A stretch of 64,000 bases of DNA, from the sequence record NC_048748.1; one strand, given 5' to 3'. Shown one piece after another: positions 1 through 9,413 of the stretch. Under the pieces are notes generated by a model that saw only the letters and a program-made list of their open reading frames with translations, ran no database searches and was not told the DNA's origin. Origin of the DNA: Escherichia phage vB_EcoS_HdH2. The translations under genes and the position numbers were made by a program. The stretch's first letter is position 1, and each line of letters opens with the position of its first letter.

Positions 1-624
1 GTTGAACCTAATCTTGCACACTTGCGTATTGGTGAATGGTATAAGAAATATCCGGGTCAAGTAGTAAATTTGACTACTAACGTTGATGACCTTATTGAGC
101 GTGCTGGTGTTCCGCATAGTGACATTTTGCATATTCATGGATATTTAAAAGAGGTTGTTGTAGCTGACAGCTACAATAGTAGCAATAAACGAGTTATTGA
201 TGTTGGGTATAGCTCTATTGACCCAGATGATTATAAATGGGCTAAACCTAATGTAATCTTCTTTGGTGAGCATGCTCCAGCGTACGCAGAAATGTACAAT
301 ATTTTTGATGGTATTACCAGTCAAGATATGATCGTTGTGGTTGGTTGCTCTAACCAAGTAATTAACTTCTACTGGGAATTATTTCCTGTTCTTAATTTGA
401 CTGCTGCCAAATTAATGGTAGTTAACTACTATGATAGTGCCCTAGCGACAGAGCCAGGCTATCAAGGTATGACTCGTAGTGAGATGTACCAGCTGGAAGA
501 ACGCGGTATCCCTTACTGGAGTAAAGGGGCTGTAGATGCCTTCAGTGACCCTGATTTTATTGCTCGTGTAGAAGCTCATCTAGAGGGTAGACCTTATATG
601 CCGGGGAAACAAATATGTCCATAA
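1..624 (+). CDS. Sir2-like (sirtuin-family) protein, 5'-partial; reading frame is open to the window start
   Basis: Sirtuin-like motifs in order: PNLAH, TTNVDDLIERAG (cf. TQNIDxLxxxAG), HIHGY (HG), VIFFGE (FGE), VVVGCSNQV (GTSLxV-like). No CxxC zinc-ribbon cysteines between HG and FGE. Confidence 0.5.
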   Translation, partial: VEPNLAHLRIGEWYKKYPGQVVNLTTNVDDLIERAGVPHSDILHIHGYLKEVVVADSYNSSNKRVIDVGYSSIDPDDYKWAKPNVIFFGEHAPAYAEMYNIFDGITSQDMIVVVGCSNQVINFYWELFPVLNLTAAKLMVVNYYDSALATEPGYQGMTRSEMYQLEERGIPYWSKGAVDAFSDPDFIARVEAHLEGRPYMPGKQICP

Positions 625-797
625 TTAAATCTGTGTATACACACCCTGATGATATATTTGTATGGGCGGACGGTAGTTGGTGCTATCGCTGTGAGTTGTG
701 GGAAATGGACTATAAATCCGATGACTATGGTGTTATATATGTGGATACGGTTGAGTATGATACGTTCTTAGAAAGGAACAAAAATGGAAATAAGTAA
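615..797 (+). CDS. hypothetical small protein
   Basis: 60-aa ORF overlapping the stops/starts of both neighbours; no recognisable motif. Confidence 0.35.
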   Translation: MSIIKSVYTHPDDIFVWADGSWCYRCELWEMDYKSDDYGVIYVDTVEYDTFLERNKNGNK

Positions 798-1290
798 TAC
801 TCCAATTATTTTTCTAGACATTGATGGGGTGCTCAATTCGAGCATCTCCCACCATCATGCACCTGATGATGAAAAGATTTTCTTTGGAAGTGACTGGGTT
901 TTCAAACCGCTTCTCAAGGCTTTTCAGGACTTTATTCGTCCTTCTCCGATAATGATTGTTGGAGTATCCTCATGGTTCTCTGTCAGGAATGAGATGGAGA
1001 ACGTTCAGATTATGACCGGATTAGGTCTTATCGATCGTTTTCTTGGTACAACGGATTTTACTGGTGGTGGGCTATCTAGGGGTAATTCTGTTCTTCGCTT
1101 CGTTGAAAAGCATAAGCTCAAACATTGGTGTGTGCTGGATGATGCCGGTGCTATGATGTATCAGTATCCAACGGTTATAGTCAATGGTAGAACAGGAATA
1201 AATCTTCAGGATTTAAAAGCTGTTAGCTATATGCTAGAATTTAGCCCAGATCTTGAAATGTGTAAATCCTTACAACAATTTAAGGTGTAA
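784..1290 (+). CDS. HAD-superfamily hydrolase-like protein
   Basis: N-terminal IIFLDIDGVLNS (HAD motif I, DxDG) and later VLDDAG; 168 aa. Confidence 0.5.
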   Translation: MEISNTPIIFLDIDGVLNSSISHHHAPDDEKIFFGSDWVFKPLLKAFQDFIRPSPIMIVGVSSWFSVRNEMENVQIMTGLGLIDRFLGTTDFTGGGLSRGNSVLRFVEKHKLKHWCVLDDAGAMMYQYPTVIVNGRTGINLQDLKAVSYMLEFSPDLEMCKSLQQFKV

Positions 1291-1292
1291 AT

Positions 1293-1721
1293 ATGTTCAA
1301 TAATGTATTCTCTAAAGAAGCTAACCCAATTTTGGTTAACTTTTGGCGTACTCTCCCGGCTAGCCTGTATAATGAGGCTATTAACTCCTTGAAAATATGG
1401 TGTGAGAATAACGAAATCTCCTTTGCTTTTAAAGATGATATTGATGAGGCCCCCTGTATTGGTTTAATTGTTCAGGTAGAGGAGGGTCTTGAAGAAATTG
1501 TCGGCTGGAAAGAGTTAGATGAAATGGGCTTAGTTTTTGCGTTAAACTATAAGCTGTTTATGCCTGCTAAGCATCGCCTCGTTGTTAACTATAAAACCAG
1601 TGAATCTCCTGGCTTTCAAGTTAATGAACATTACGGTTGGTCTTACTCACCGGAAGAAGTAAATGAGGGGATTCAGAAACTTCGACGTTTCGGGTATATG
1701 ATCCCAGGTTTAACCGCCTAA
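1293..1721 (+). CDS. hypothetical protein, tandem paralogue A
   Basis: 142 aa; shares PCIG, EL(D/S)xMGL(V/I)(F/V)ALN(Y/F) and G(Y/I)(M/Y)(I/V)PGL blocks with the next ORF. Confidence 0.65.
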   Translation: MFNNVFSKEANPILVNFWRTLPASLYNEAINSLKIWCENNEISFAFKDDIDEAPCIGLIVQVEEGLEEIVGWKELDEMGLVFALNYKLFMPAKHRLVVNYKTSESPGFQVNEHYGWSYSPEEVNEGIQKLRRFGYMIPGLTA

Positions 1722-1730
1722 GGGGGCACA

Positions 1731-2123
1731 ATGGAACAAGTATATTGGCGTCAGATTGATCCTAGTTTGGTGAAGCGTGCGGAGAAGCTGCTACAACGTT
1801 GGTTGGTGGTAAGACAAGCCTCCTTCACTTTTCCGGAGCAGCAAACGGATGATCCATGCATTGGCGTTTTCCTGTCTGGATATGCCGGGGAGTGGGAATT
1901 GGATTGGAATGAATTGTCTGCTATGGGCTTGATTGTTGCCCTAAACTTCTCTATATTCCATCCACGTGGTTTGGCCATATGTCGTGTGCCTGATGACGGT
2001 TGTTCGCCCCATCTTTTACAGGTGGAAGATGATATTTGGGAGTACACTCCAGGTATTCTCAAAGAAGCTAAAGAACAATTAAATCGTGTTGGGATCTATG
2101 TTCCGGGGCTAAATGATGAATGA
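1731..2123 (+). CDS. hypothetical protein, tandem paralogue B
   Basis: 130 aa; paralogous to 1293..1721; followed by hairpin plus T-run. Confidence 0.65.
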   Translation: MEQVYWRQIDPSLVKRAEKLLQRWLVVRQASFTFPEQQTDDPCIGVFLSGYAGEWELDWNELSAMGLIVALNFSIFHPRGLAICRVPDDGCSPHLLQVEDDIWEYTPGILKEAKEQLNRVGIYVPGLNDE

Positions 2124-2146
2124 GTTTTATTAGCTGAACTCTGATT

Positions 2147-2171
2147 ACCGAGTCATTTTGGCTCGGTTTTA
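2147..2171 (+). terminator. intrinsic terminator
   Basis: accgag/ctcggt stem followed by tttt, directly after stop of 1731..2123. Confidence 0.55.
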
Positions 2172-2214
2172 TCCGTACTCAAGACCAGTGATAGCATCTT
2201 TGGAAAAAATTTAC

Positions 2215-2243
2215 TTGCATGATGCTCAAAATCTTGATATAAT
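2215..2243 (+). promoter_or_regulatory. sigma70-type promoter
   Basis: TTGCAT, 17-bp spacer, TATAAT. Confidence 0.65.
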
Positions 2244-2740
2244 ATTTATATTGAATCGAGAGACATTAGTAAAAATTAATTTTGCTAATTTTTCTTGTTT
2301 ACAATCCGCGATACGGAACAGTTAGGCTGCCCCATTAAGGGTTGTTTTAACTATTACTAGTGTTTATATTGCATTAGTTAATCTTCAATTAAGTGATCTG
2401 TGTACCCTGAATTCGGAAAGGTAAATCCAAACCGTGCATATTTAGCTCGTTATATAGGCAGAGTTTTATATGGGGGTGCGAACGAAAAGAGCAGCGAATG
2501 GCGGCACGTACAGTAGTCACCTACCAATAGGATAGTGAGGACAAATAGAATCGGCTTAGCGGCCAATGACCTAGGTTCTATTCTGTATATGAGCGAAGAG
2601 AGCACAGCACTGAGATATGATAACTTATTCATATTGTTTGATGATAATTGATGTTTACGTAAATAGTAGTAATAGTTGTTCTATTCTTTCTGAATAGTCC
2701 TAAAGAAAAGATTTCGATTAACCAACACAGGAGTATTGTT

Positions 2741-5530
2741 GTGTTTTCTATCCTCCAAGGTCACGCTGGGTTTTCTCGTGATTTAGCAACAGGTATTTGG
2801 CGAGAAATCAAAGCGGAAGATTATACCTTTGCCAAGCGATTCTCGAAAGAGCATCCAGAAGGTAAACCAGCTTCTATGCCCTTCAAATTTGATGTAATAG
2901 AAGAGCACGACCCTCAAAGCCTTGCCGAAATGTTACCACTTATGAGACGTTTAACGTCTGACCCTCATATCGTTGCGGTACGAGGTCGGTGTCTTGCACC
3001 TAAAAATAACGTGCGACGTAAGAAAGGTAACTTTAATGTATCTAATCCTAGTAATATTATTGCTATGGACGTGGATGGTATCCTAGATACCGGTGGGTAT
3101 GACAAGTTTAACCTTGTTGGTATGGCCCGCCACATTATTAAGATGTTGAATAGTATTAGTGAGGACATGTTCCCTCTTGATGCAGGCTTTATAGCTCATG
3201 CATCGTCTTCGGCTGGGCTAAAACCAGGTATCCGAATGCACTTAATGCTAGAATCTAACGTCAAGGTAACTCAGGGTCAGTTAAAGTTCTTATTTACATC
3301 TATCAACGATAGTAGTAAGCAAAAATTTGGTTTTGATATTGCCGACTTAGCTTATTATTCATCTGTCCAGCTCCACTATTTTGCCGACCCCTTATTTAGT
3401 GATGGTATTGTTGATCCGTTTAAAGCGGAGAGTAAGCCACGTCTGGTGTATGTTAAAGGTTCGAAAGTAAATTTGCCCAATAATCTGGTTGACTATGAAA
3501 CAACTAGAGGGGAGTTTAAGGAAGAGTTTTATTCTTTACTTGATCAAATTAAAGGCAAAAAGATCGCGTCTGATAAAGTAGAAGAAACCATCAGCGAATT
3601 GGAAGAAGCTGAGGATGGGGTGTACCTGCGTATTATCCCCAAACTCTACCATAGAGCATTAGAGGATGGTGTTGATTTTGCATGGCTAGAACGTGAGATT
3701 AAACCCGCTTTATCTGAATATATTGCAACTAAAGATAACAGTCGTAATATTCAAGATTACTTTAATAACGGTCGTAAGCAGGCTCTCAAAGCGTTTGTTA
3801 ATAATTCTAAACGTGAGATTCCATTAAATCTGAAAGGTGTTCCGCTCAAGAAATTAGAAGTGGATTCTCCACCAGAAGTTCCGTACCTGAAGATTAACAT
3901 TGTGCCTCCAAAAGGCCATATAACATTTGTTAAAGCAAGTCTTGGTACTGGTAAGACTACGGCAGTAACTAAATGGCTGGACGCAGGTGTTCTTCCTGGC
4001 AACTTTTTAGCAGTTACAAATACTAGAGCACTGGTATCTTCAAACGCTAAGAAATTTAGCGCAGGACAATATGATAAGTCTGTAGATATGCTCAACTTTA
4101 AACGTGGAGCTATTGATCGTATGTCCACGACTATTCACTCTTTGCATAAGTTCAAAAGTTTTATTGGTCAAATAGATACCATTTTTATTGATGAATGTGA
4201 TGCTGTAATGAATGATCTATTATTCGCACCTGTTGTTAAGCAACGTCGCGAATGTATTCAAGTTCTACGTGACATCCTCATGACAGCTAAAACTGTAATT
4301 CTATCAGATGGTGATATTAGTGCCGAAACTATTGAAGCATATGGTTCTCTAATTGATTTTGATAAACCAGTAGCATTTTATAATCATCACCGTAAGATGC
4401 TGTCAAAAGCTCATGCTTATGAGTTCCCTGATGAATCCAGTATTTGGGTTGCACTTCAGACTTCCCTGGAGATGGGTGAGAAATCTATCCTAGTATCTGA
4501 CTGTGGGCCAGATGAACTGAATGAGAAGGGCATGGCGTTGCGTCGTAATACGGGTGCGTTAGTTAAGGAAATCCACTCAAACTCTACGTCTGATGTAGAT
4601 ATTAGACGTATTCTGGATTACACAACTAATGAACTAATTGATCAACAAATTGATTGCTTATTATGTAGTCCATCCGTAACGAGTGGTGTTGACTTTAACT
4701 ATTTTGATAACGTATTTGTTATTACTAGAACTAGTAATCAAGCGCCAAACATGCGCTTTCAAGCAATCAGGCGCGACCGTGGTGCTCAGAATATCTATTA
4801 TTTTATTGATAAATCCACTAGTGGATTCTCCGCAGGTTCTGAACAGTATAATATTGATGAAGGTTGGCTGGAGTTAGCACAGCAATTATACGCACGTCGC
4901 AGGGAGCTGGAATCTAGGAACTATACTAGTACTTTACGTTATTACTTGCTTGATCAAGGTGCAACTATTGATATTTTCAGCGAAAGCTGGGGAACTATTG
5001 AAGGTGCTGGTAAAGAATATACAGAAGAGCGAATCAAAGCCATTCTGCATTCAACTCCGGATTATTGTGCTCCACGTCATGCGGATGCGTATGAAGCTAA
5101 ACTACTTCTTGTTCGCTATTATCATCTTGAGTCTATTAAAGATGTAACAGTTGAGCATGTTGAACAATATATCAAAGATAAACCGAATGATCGAGCCGCC
5201 TTCTTCCATAAGATGCACGAGATGTTTTGGGAAGATATTAAGAAGTGTTCAAATGTAACCATTAAACCATTCATAGAAGCTCTGAAAGGTAAGAAAAAGG
5301 ACTTCTTCCTTAAAACAGGTCAAAGTGCTAACCCAAAATATGCTAGAATGTATCTTGGTATGATGGGTATTGGTAAGGATATGAACACTGAAAATATCGT
5401 AGACTGGTATAGAACCTATTGTAAAATCGAGTGTATGCCAATCCCTTATAAGTTCATGACTGACGAGGAAAGACATATGCACGATGAAGCAATGGCAGAG
5501 CTAGGTGCTAGAAATGACAGTGAAGAATAA
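2741..5530 (+). CDS. SF2 helicase-like ATPase, replication-origin-binding-protein type
   Basis: 929 aa; Walker A KASLGTGKTTAV and Walker B IFIDECD; GTG start 6 nt after AGGAG. Confidence 0.6.
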   Translation: MFSILQGHAGFSRDLATGIWREIKAEDYTFAKRFSKEHPEGKPASMPFKFDVIEEHDPQSLAEMLPLMRRLTSDPHIVAVRGRCLAPKNNVRRKKGNFNVSNPSNIIAMDVDGILDTGGYDKFNLVGMARHIIKMLNSISEDMFPLDAGFIAHASSSAGLKPGIRMHLMLESNVKVTQGQLKFLFTSINDSSKQKFGFDIADLAYYSSVQLHYFADPLFSDGIVDPFKAESKPRLVYVKGSKVNLPNNLVDYETTRGEFKEEFYSLLDQIKGKKIASDKVEETISELEEAEDGVYLRIIPKLYHRALEDGVDFAWLEREIKPALSEYIATKDNSRNIQDYFNNGRKQALKAFVNNSKREIPLNLKGVPLKKLEVDSPPEVPYLKINIVPPKGHITFVKASLGTGKTTAVTKWLDAGVLPGNFLAVTNTRALVSSNAKKFSAGQYDKSVDMLNFKRGAIDRMSTTIHSLHKFKSFIGQIDTIFIDECDAVMNDLLFAPVVKQRRECIQVLRDILMTAKTVILSDGDISAETIEAYGSLIDFDKPVAFYNHHRKMLSKAHAYEFPDESSIWVALQTSLEMGEKSILVSDCGPDELNEKGMALRRNTGALVKEIHSNSTSDVDIRRILDYTTNELIDQQIDCLLCSPSVTSGVDFNYFDNVFVITRTSNQAPNMRFQAIRRDRGAQNIYYFIDKSTSGFSAGSEQYNIDEGWLELAQQLYARRRELESRNYTSTLRYYLLDQGATIDIFSESWGTIEGAGKEYTEERIKAILHSTPDYCAPRHADAYEAKLLLVRYYHLESIKDVTVEHVEQYIKDKPNDRAAFFHKMHEMFWEDIKKCSNVTIKPFIEALKGKKKDFFLKTGQSANPKYARMYLGMMGIGKDMNTENIVDWYRTYCKIECMPIPYKFMTDEERHMHDEAMAELGARNDSEE

Positions 5531-5747
5531 AAAATGGGAAACAAGGAAGTTTCCAGTAAAAGAACGTAAAGTTCCTGTTTACGATACTTCGGAAAAGCTA
5601 TGTAGGGTGGTACCGCACAGATTAGCTGGCATCCCTAACATATCCGAATGGTTACTTAAACAACGGAGGACTAACGTATCTCTTCGCATAGGGTTTGAGT
5701 TAGATAAAGTATATGCTGAACTTTCTTCTTTGCTCAAAGAATCATAA
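5505..5747 (+). CDS. hypothetical small protein (start uncertain, GTG 5505 or ATG 5514)
   Basis: 80-aa ORF overlapping end of upstream gene; no motif. Confidence 0.3.
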   Translation: MLEMTVKNKKWETRKFPVKERKVPVYDTSEKLCRVVPHRLAGIPNISEWLLKQRRTNVSLRIGFELDKVYAELSSLLKES

Positions 5748-5756
5748 AAAATTTAT

Positions 5757-5785
5757 TTGCTTTCAGGAAAATTTTTCTGTATAAT
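5757..5785 (+). promoter_or_regulatory. T5 PN25-type early promoter
   Basis: TTGCTT, 17-bp spacer, TATAAT, then AGATTCATAAATTTGAGAGAGAGGAG; matches the classic PN25 promoter sequence from memory. Confidence 0.8.
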
Positions 5786-5818
5786 AGATTCATAAATTTG
5801 AGAGAGAGGAGTTTAAAT

Positions 5819-6523
5819 ATGGCTGGTTCTCGCAGAAAGAAACATATCCATGAAATCCCGGATGAAGTCTTTAAAAAAGTTATAGAGCATCTGGAGAACG
5901 GTGGTACTAAGAAAGCAGCATGTGAAATGCTCGGCGTATCATCCAACCCAACTATGGAAAGGATGATAGAAGAGTGGCAAGATCGCCAAATTCAAGTTGC
6001 CGAGATGAAGAAAAAGAAACGTGGCACACTCATTGAAGGCATTGAGTTAGCTAACGTTATTGAGCAGTATTTATCTGGTGATTCTTTTGAAGAAATTGCC
6101 GATCGTAATTACCGCTCTGTAGCAATGGTTAAATCTGTTCTGGAACGATATGGTGCTCTACTTCGTTTGAACGATATTGTAGATCCATTGAATCCTCCAA
6201 TTATTCCTGATGATGCTGTAGCAGAAGAATTTGCAGTTGGTGAGCTTGTTTGGGTTCCTGGGTACCAGTGTATCGGTGAAATCAAAAAAGCAATGGATAA
6301 TCCTGTTGGCTGTTATCGAGTCTGGTTACTATCGGAAGGCAAACAACAGAACGTTCATTATATGAATTACGAGCTGGCCTCTGTTAAACATCTGGAAAAG
6401 TTAGGGGTTGATGTAAAGTCTCTGGGGTATAAATGGACTCGGGAAGAAGTCATTACGTTGATTAACGAAGCTGTTAAGGCCGCCTTGAAACTTGATAAAG
6501 AAAAAGGAAAACGCCGTGAGTAG
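5819..6523 (+). CDS. putative DNA-binding protein with N-terminal helix-turn-helix
   Basis: ATG 5819 preceded by GAGAGAGGAG; the ORF-track TTG at 5798 lies only ~12 nt from the -10 hexamer. HTH-like segment GGTKKAACEMLGVSSNPTMERMIEEW. Confidence 0.65.
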   Translation: MAGSRRKKHIHEIPDEVFKKVIEHLENGGTKKAACEMLGVSSNPTMERMIEEWQDRQIQVAEMKKKKRGTLIEGIELANVIEQYLSGDSFEEIADRNYRSVAMVKSVLERYGALLRLNDIVDPLNPPIIPDDAVAEEFAVGELVWVPGYQCIGEIKKAMDNPVGCYRVWLLSEGKQQNVHYMNYELASVKHLEKLGVDVKSLGYKWTREEVITLINEAVKAALKLDKEKGKRRE

Positions 6524-6767
6524 ACTAACTGATTTACTTAAAGATGGGGAAGTAAAAACACTATATCGTAGAAGCTGGGATAACGATAATAACGGCTTAG
6601 TGTTACTAACTTTAGATGCTGACTCGGATGTAGCTACTCAGCATACCTGGGTAGCCGGTAACTATCCATACAGCGAGGTTGTTTCATTAACAGTATGCGA
6701 AGCTATTGCAGACGATTGGGAGGTTGCCAGCATCGAGGATATGCTCGCTGTTGGCCTGGTGGAGTAA
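6516..6767 (+). CDS. hypothetical protein
   Basis: Likely GTG start at 6516 after AAAGGAAAA (ORF track extends to 6492). Confidence 0.45.
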   Translation: MSRLTDLLKDGEVKTLYRRSWDNDNNGLVLLTLDADSDVATQHTWVAGNYPYSEVVSLTVCEAIADDWEVASIEDMLAVGLVE

Positions 6768-6784
6768 CTACTTAAAAATTTCAG

Positions 6785-6813
6785 TTGCTTAATCCTACAA
6801 TTCTTGATATAAT
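6785..6813 (+). promoter_or_regulatory. sigma70-type early promoter
   Basis: TTGCTT, 17-bp spacer, TATAAT. Confidence 0.7.
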
Positions 6814-6870
6814 ATTCTCATAGTTTGAAAGAACTATTCTGTTTAATTCTTAATTAAGGAAATATAAAAT

Positions 6871-7281
6871 ATGACTACTCCAACTCAGTGGACTGATGAA
6901 CTGTTCGAAAAAATGTCTTCCGAATACGTTGCTCGTATGGAGCAATTCCCAGAGGATGAACGTCCGGGTGTTAGCATGGAAATTGTTAGCGAAATTGCCC
7001 AGGAAAACGGCGTAACTCCGAACGGTTTTCGTATGAAGCTGACTAAAGCAGGTTTGTATATCAAGAAAGCTGCTGGCTCTGCTTCTAAATCTAGCGCATC
7101 TACTGGAGAAAAAGCTTCCAGTGGTTCTCGTACCTCCAAAGCCCAGGCTCATGCCGACCTTCGTTCAGCATTCTCTGATGCTGGCCTAGCACCAGATTTT
7201 CTGGATGATGCAATTATCGACAAACTGACCGGCAAAGCGGCTGCTCATCTGGCAGAAGCAATCCGAGCTATCACTAAGTAA
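6871..7281 (+). CDS. hypothetical early protein with host-optimal codon usage
   Basis: 136 aa; GC3-rich codon choice (ctg, cgt, ggt, gct, ccg); segment EIVSEIAQENGVTPNGFRMKLTKAGL resembles the repeat modules of 10183..10950. Confidence 0.75.
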   Translation: MTTPTQWTDELFEKMSSEYVARMEQFPEDERPGVSMEIVSEIAQENGVTPNGFRMKLTKAGLYIKKAAGSASKSSASTGEKASSGSRTSKAQAHADLRSAFSDAGLAPDFLDDAIIDKLTGKAAAHLAEAIRAITK

Positions 7282-7317
7282 TTTTTAGATAAATCCACCA
7301 ACAAAAGGAACACAGTT

Positions 7318-7614
7318 ATGACCAAAGCTGAAATTATTGCACAATGTGAAAAATTTGGTGAGTTTTATCTTCATTACGAGAAACTTCGTCAGAAAGGAAC
7401 CACATACCTTCAGGGTACGATGGAATTTGATCCAGCCCAGGATAAATATCTGGCTGAGCGTATTAAACGTGAACGTATTCGTAAAGCGAAAGATGATGAA
7501 ATCCTTGTCTTCTCTCGTACTAATGATAGTTTCCGTTTTATTCCTGTCGAGAAAGTCCGTCGTGTGACTAGCCTCCAATCAGAGTTAGATCGTGCCTCTC
7601 CAGTAGGCCGATAA
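7318..7614 (+). CDS. hypothetical protein
   Basis: 98-aa ORF with AAAGGAA upstream; followed by terminator. Confidence 0.6.
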   Translation: MTKAEIIAQCEKFGEFYLHYEKLRQKGTTYLQGTMEFDPAQDKYLAERIKRERIRKAKDDEILVFSRTNDSFRFIPVEKVRRVTSLQSELDRASPVGR

Positions 7615-7624
7615 GAAACCAATT

Positions 7625-7648
7625 AGCCCCTATATGGGGCTTTTTGTG
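7625..7648 (+). terminator. intrinsic terminator
   Basis: agcccc-tatat-ggggct followed by ttttt. Confidence 0.7.
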
Positions 7649-7664
7649 TATTTGGGATATGTAA

Positions 7665-7973
7665 ATGAGCGAACAGGTAAATCAAAACTATGAAGGACAC
7701 GTTGATGACCAGTCCATCATACTTTGGGAGAAGGAGGGAGAACAAGTAAGATTAACAGTATCTGAATTTCGTGGGAATCTATACATGGGTATTCGTTACT
7801 GGCTTCTTGATATTAATGATGAATGGTTTCCAACGAAATCTGGCTTCTCTTTTCCTTACACTCTAGAAACAACATCACAGCTTTTCTATGCGTTTACACA
7901 GATTCTTAGCGAATCTGAGGTTTTACATGAAGTACAGAAACGAGCTGAAGAACTCAAAGCCAAGAATGCCTAG
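7665..7973 (+). CDS. hypothetical protein
   Basis: 102-aa ORF; terminator immediately downstream. Confidence 0.6.
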   Translation: MSEQVNQNYEGHVDDQSIILWEKEGEQVRLTVSEFRGNLYMGIRYWLLDINDEWFPTKSGFSFPYTLETTSQLFYAFTQILSESEVLHEVQKRAEELKAKNA

Positions 7974-7990
7974 TTCTTGGCTTTTTCTTT
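7958..7990 (+). terminator. intrinsic terminator
   Basis: agccaagaa / ttcttggct stem followed by ttttcttt; the stop codon sits in the loop. Confidence 0.65.
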
Positions 7991-8000
7991 ATAAATGTAT

Positions 8001-8029
8001 TTGCTTTCAACTCAGTTTTGTTATATAAT
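8001..8029 (+). promoter_or_regulatory. sigma70-type early promoter
   Basis: TTGCTT, 17-bp spacer, TATAAT, then ATTTATATAAATTGATAAG box. Confidence 0.7.
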
Positions 8030-8058
8030 ATTTATATAAATTGATAAGAGGATCAATT

Positions 8059-8247
8059 ATGAAAGTAACACTTCCAAAAATTCAAGCAAAGCTAAATCTA
8101 GTATCGAATGCTAGAAATAACTATCTAGATAACTTTGGTGGAATCAACGATAAAGCGTACAAAGATGCGTGGTTGAAAGAAGCGCAAGAGTTAGCCGATC
8201 TCATTGCTCAGTATAATAAAGAACTACGGGTAGAAATGAATGACTAA
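8059..8247 (+). CDS. hypothetical small protein
   Basis: ATG 8059 after AAGAGGA; ORF track begins at an upstream TTG. Confidence 0.5.
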   Translation: MKVTLPKIQAKLNLVSNARNNYLDNFGGINDKAYKDAWLKEAQELADLIAQYNKELRVEMND

Positions 8248-9211
8248 TGTAAAAGACTTTATTAAACGCTGTCAAGAAGCATATTATCAAGGCATGTCTT
8301 TAATCTCTGATGAAGAATATGATCGCCTGGTAAAACGCTTCCCATTAGAAGAAGAGATTGGGCCTAAGGGTGATATTCCACATCTGTACCGTATGTATTC
8401 TTTACAGAAAGTTTATTATAATCGTGGAGATAAACCTCCGTTTAACCCATTAGGTCAGGTAGAAACTGATAAGTTAGATGGTTGTGCGATTTCTCTGCTA
8501 TATATTAATGGCGAATTTGTTCAAGCACTAACTCGTGGTAATGGTATTCTAGGAAATGATGTCACAAGCAACGTAAGATTGCTGAACATCCCCAAAAAGA
8601 TTTCCCAAAAAGTACCTACTCAAATCACTGGTGAAGTTCTAATTACAAAAGAAGTAGAAAATAAACGTAACTTTGCCTCTGGTGCTATTAACCTCAAAGA
8701 TAGCGATGATTTCGTACAACGTATCGGGGAAGGTGGTTTAATCTTCGTTGCATATGGTATCCAGTGTTCTGCTGAATCTGTAGGTATTACAGAAGCGTAT
8801 TTAAAAGATATGCTTTGGCTGGAGAATGAGAACTTCTTAACAGTTGTTAATGTGCGTTCCTTCTTTAAATGGATTCCTACTGATGGTAAAGTTGTTCGTA
8901 TTAATGACAACAACAAATTCTTCCGAGAAGGCTGGACTAATAAATTCCCTCGTGGAGCATTCGCTATTAAAGAGGATGAAGAAGGCGAGATTACAACTCT
9001 TACTAAAGTTGAGTGGCAGGTAGGGGCTTCTGGTAAAGTAACTCCAGTTGGTTATTTCGAACCGGTAATTATTGATGATGCTACGATTGTTAAAGCGACT
9101 CTCAATAACGTTGATTATATTAACTCTCTCGATCTAGAGATCGGTTGCCAGATTCGAGTGATTCGTGCTGGTGGTGTAATCCCGTGCATAGTAGAGCGAG
9201 TATACGATTAA
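8240..9211 (+). CDS. ligA: NAD-dependent DNA ligase, subunit A (adenylation/OB part)
   Basis: KxDG adenylation motif in ETDKLDGCAISLLY; 323 aa, equivalent to the N-terminal two-thirds of bacterial LigA. Confidence 0.85.
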   Translation: MTNVKDFIKRCQEAYYQGMSLISDEEYDRLVKRFPLEEEIGPKGDIPHLYRMYSLQKVYYNRGDKPPFNPLGQVETDKLDGCAISLLYINGEFVQALTRGNGILGNDVTSNVRLLNIPKKISQKVPTQITGEVLITKEVENKRNFASGAINLKDSDDFVQRIGEGGLIFVAYGIQCSAESVGITEAYLKDMLWLENENFLTVVNVRSFFKWIPTDGKVVRINDNNKFFREGWTNKFPRGAFAIKEDEEGEITTLTKVEWQVGASGKVTPVGYFEPVIIDDATIVKATLNNVDYINSLDLEIGCQIRVIRAGGVIPCIVERVYD

Positions 9212-9261
9212 TACATAACCCTTTGCTACCCATCTACCATATCGGAATTATAAAGTGGTTA

Positions 9262-9290
9262 TTGACATTTTCGCCGCTTAGGTATATACT
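9262..9290 (+). promoter_or_regulatory. sigma70-type promoter between the ligase halves
   Basis: TTGACA, 17-bp spacer, TATACT. Confidence 0.6.
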
Positions 9291-9354
9291 ATTATCATTC
9301 AGTTGAGGGATAGAAAGTTATGGCGAGGGTAAGCAAAGTTAATTAAAATTGTAG

Positions 9355-9383
9355 TTGCTAAATGCTTAAATACTTGCTATAAT
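9355..9383 (+). promoter_or_regulatory. sigma70-type early promoter
   Basis: TTGCTA, 17-bp spacer, TATAAT, then ATTTATATAAATTGATAAGGAAG. Confidence 0.7.
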
Positions 9384-9413
9384 ATTTATATAAATTGATA
9401 AGGAAGAAATTTG

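Noticed and set aside
5798-5818. TTG start at 5798 for the gene downstream of the PN25-like promoter
   Set aside because: Only ~12 nt downstream of the -10 hexamer; ATG 5819 has a proper SD and matches the remembered PN25 leader.
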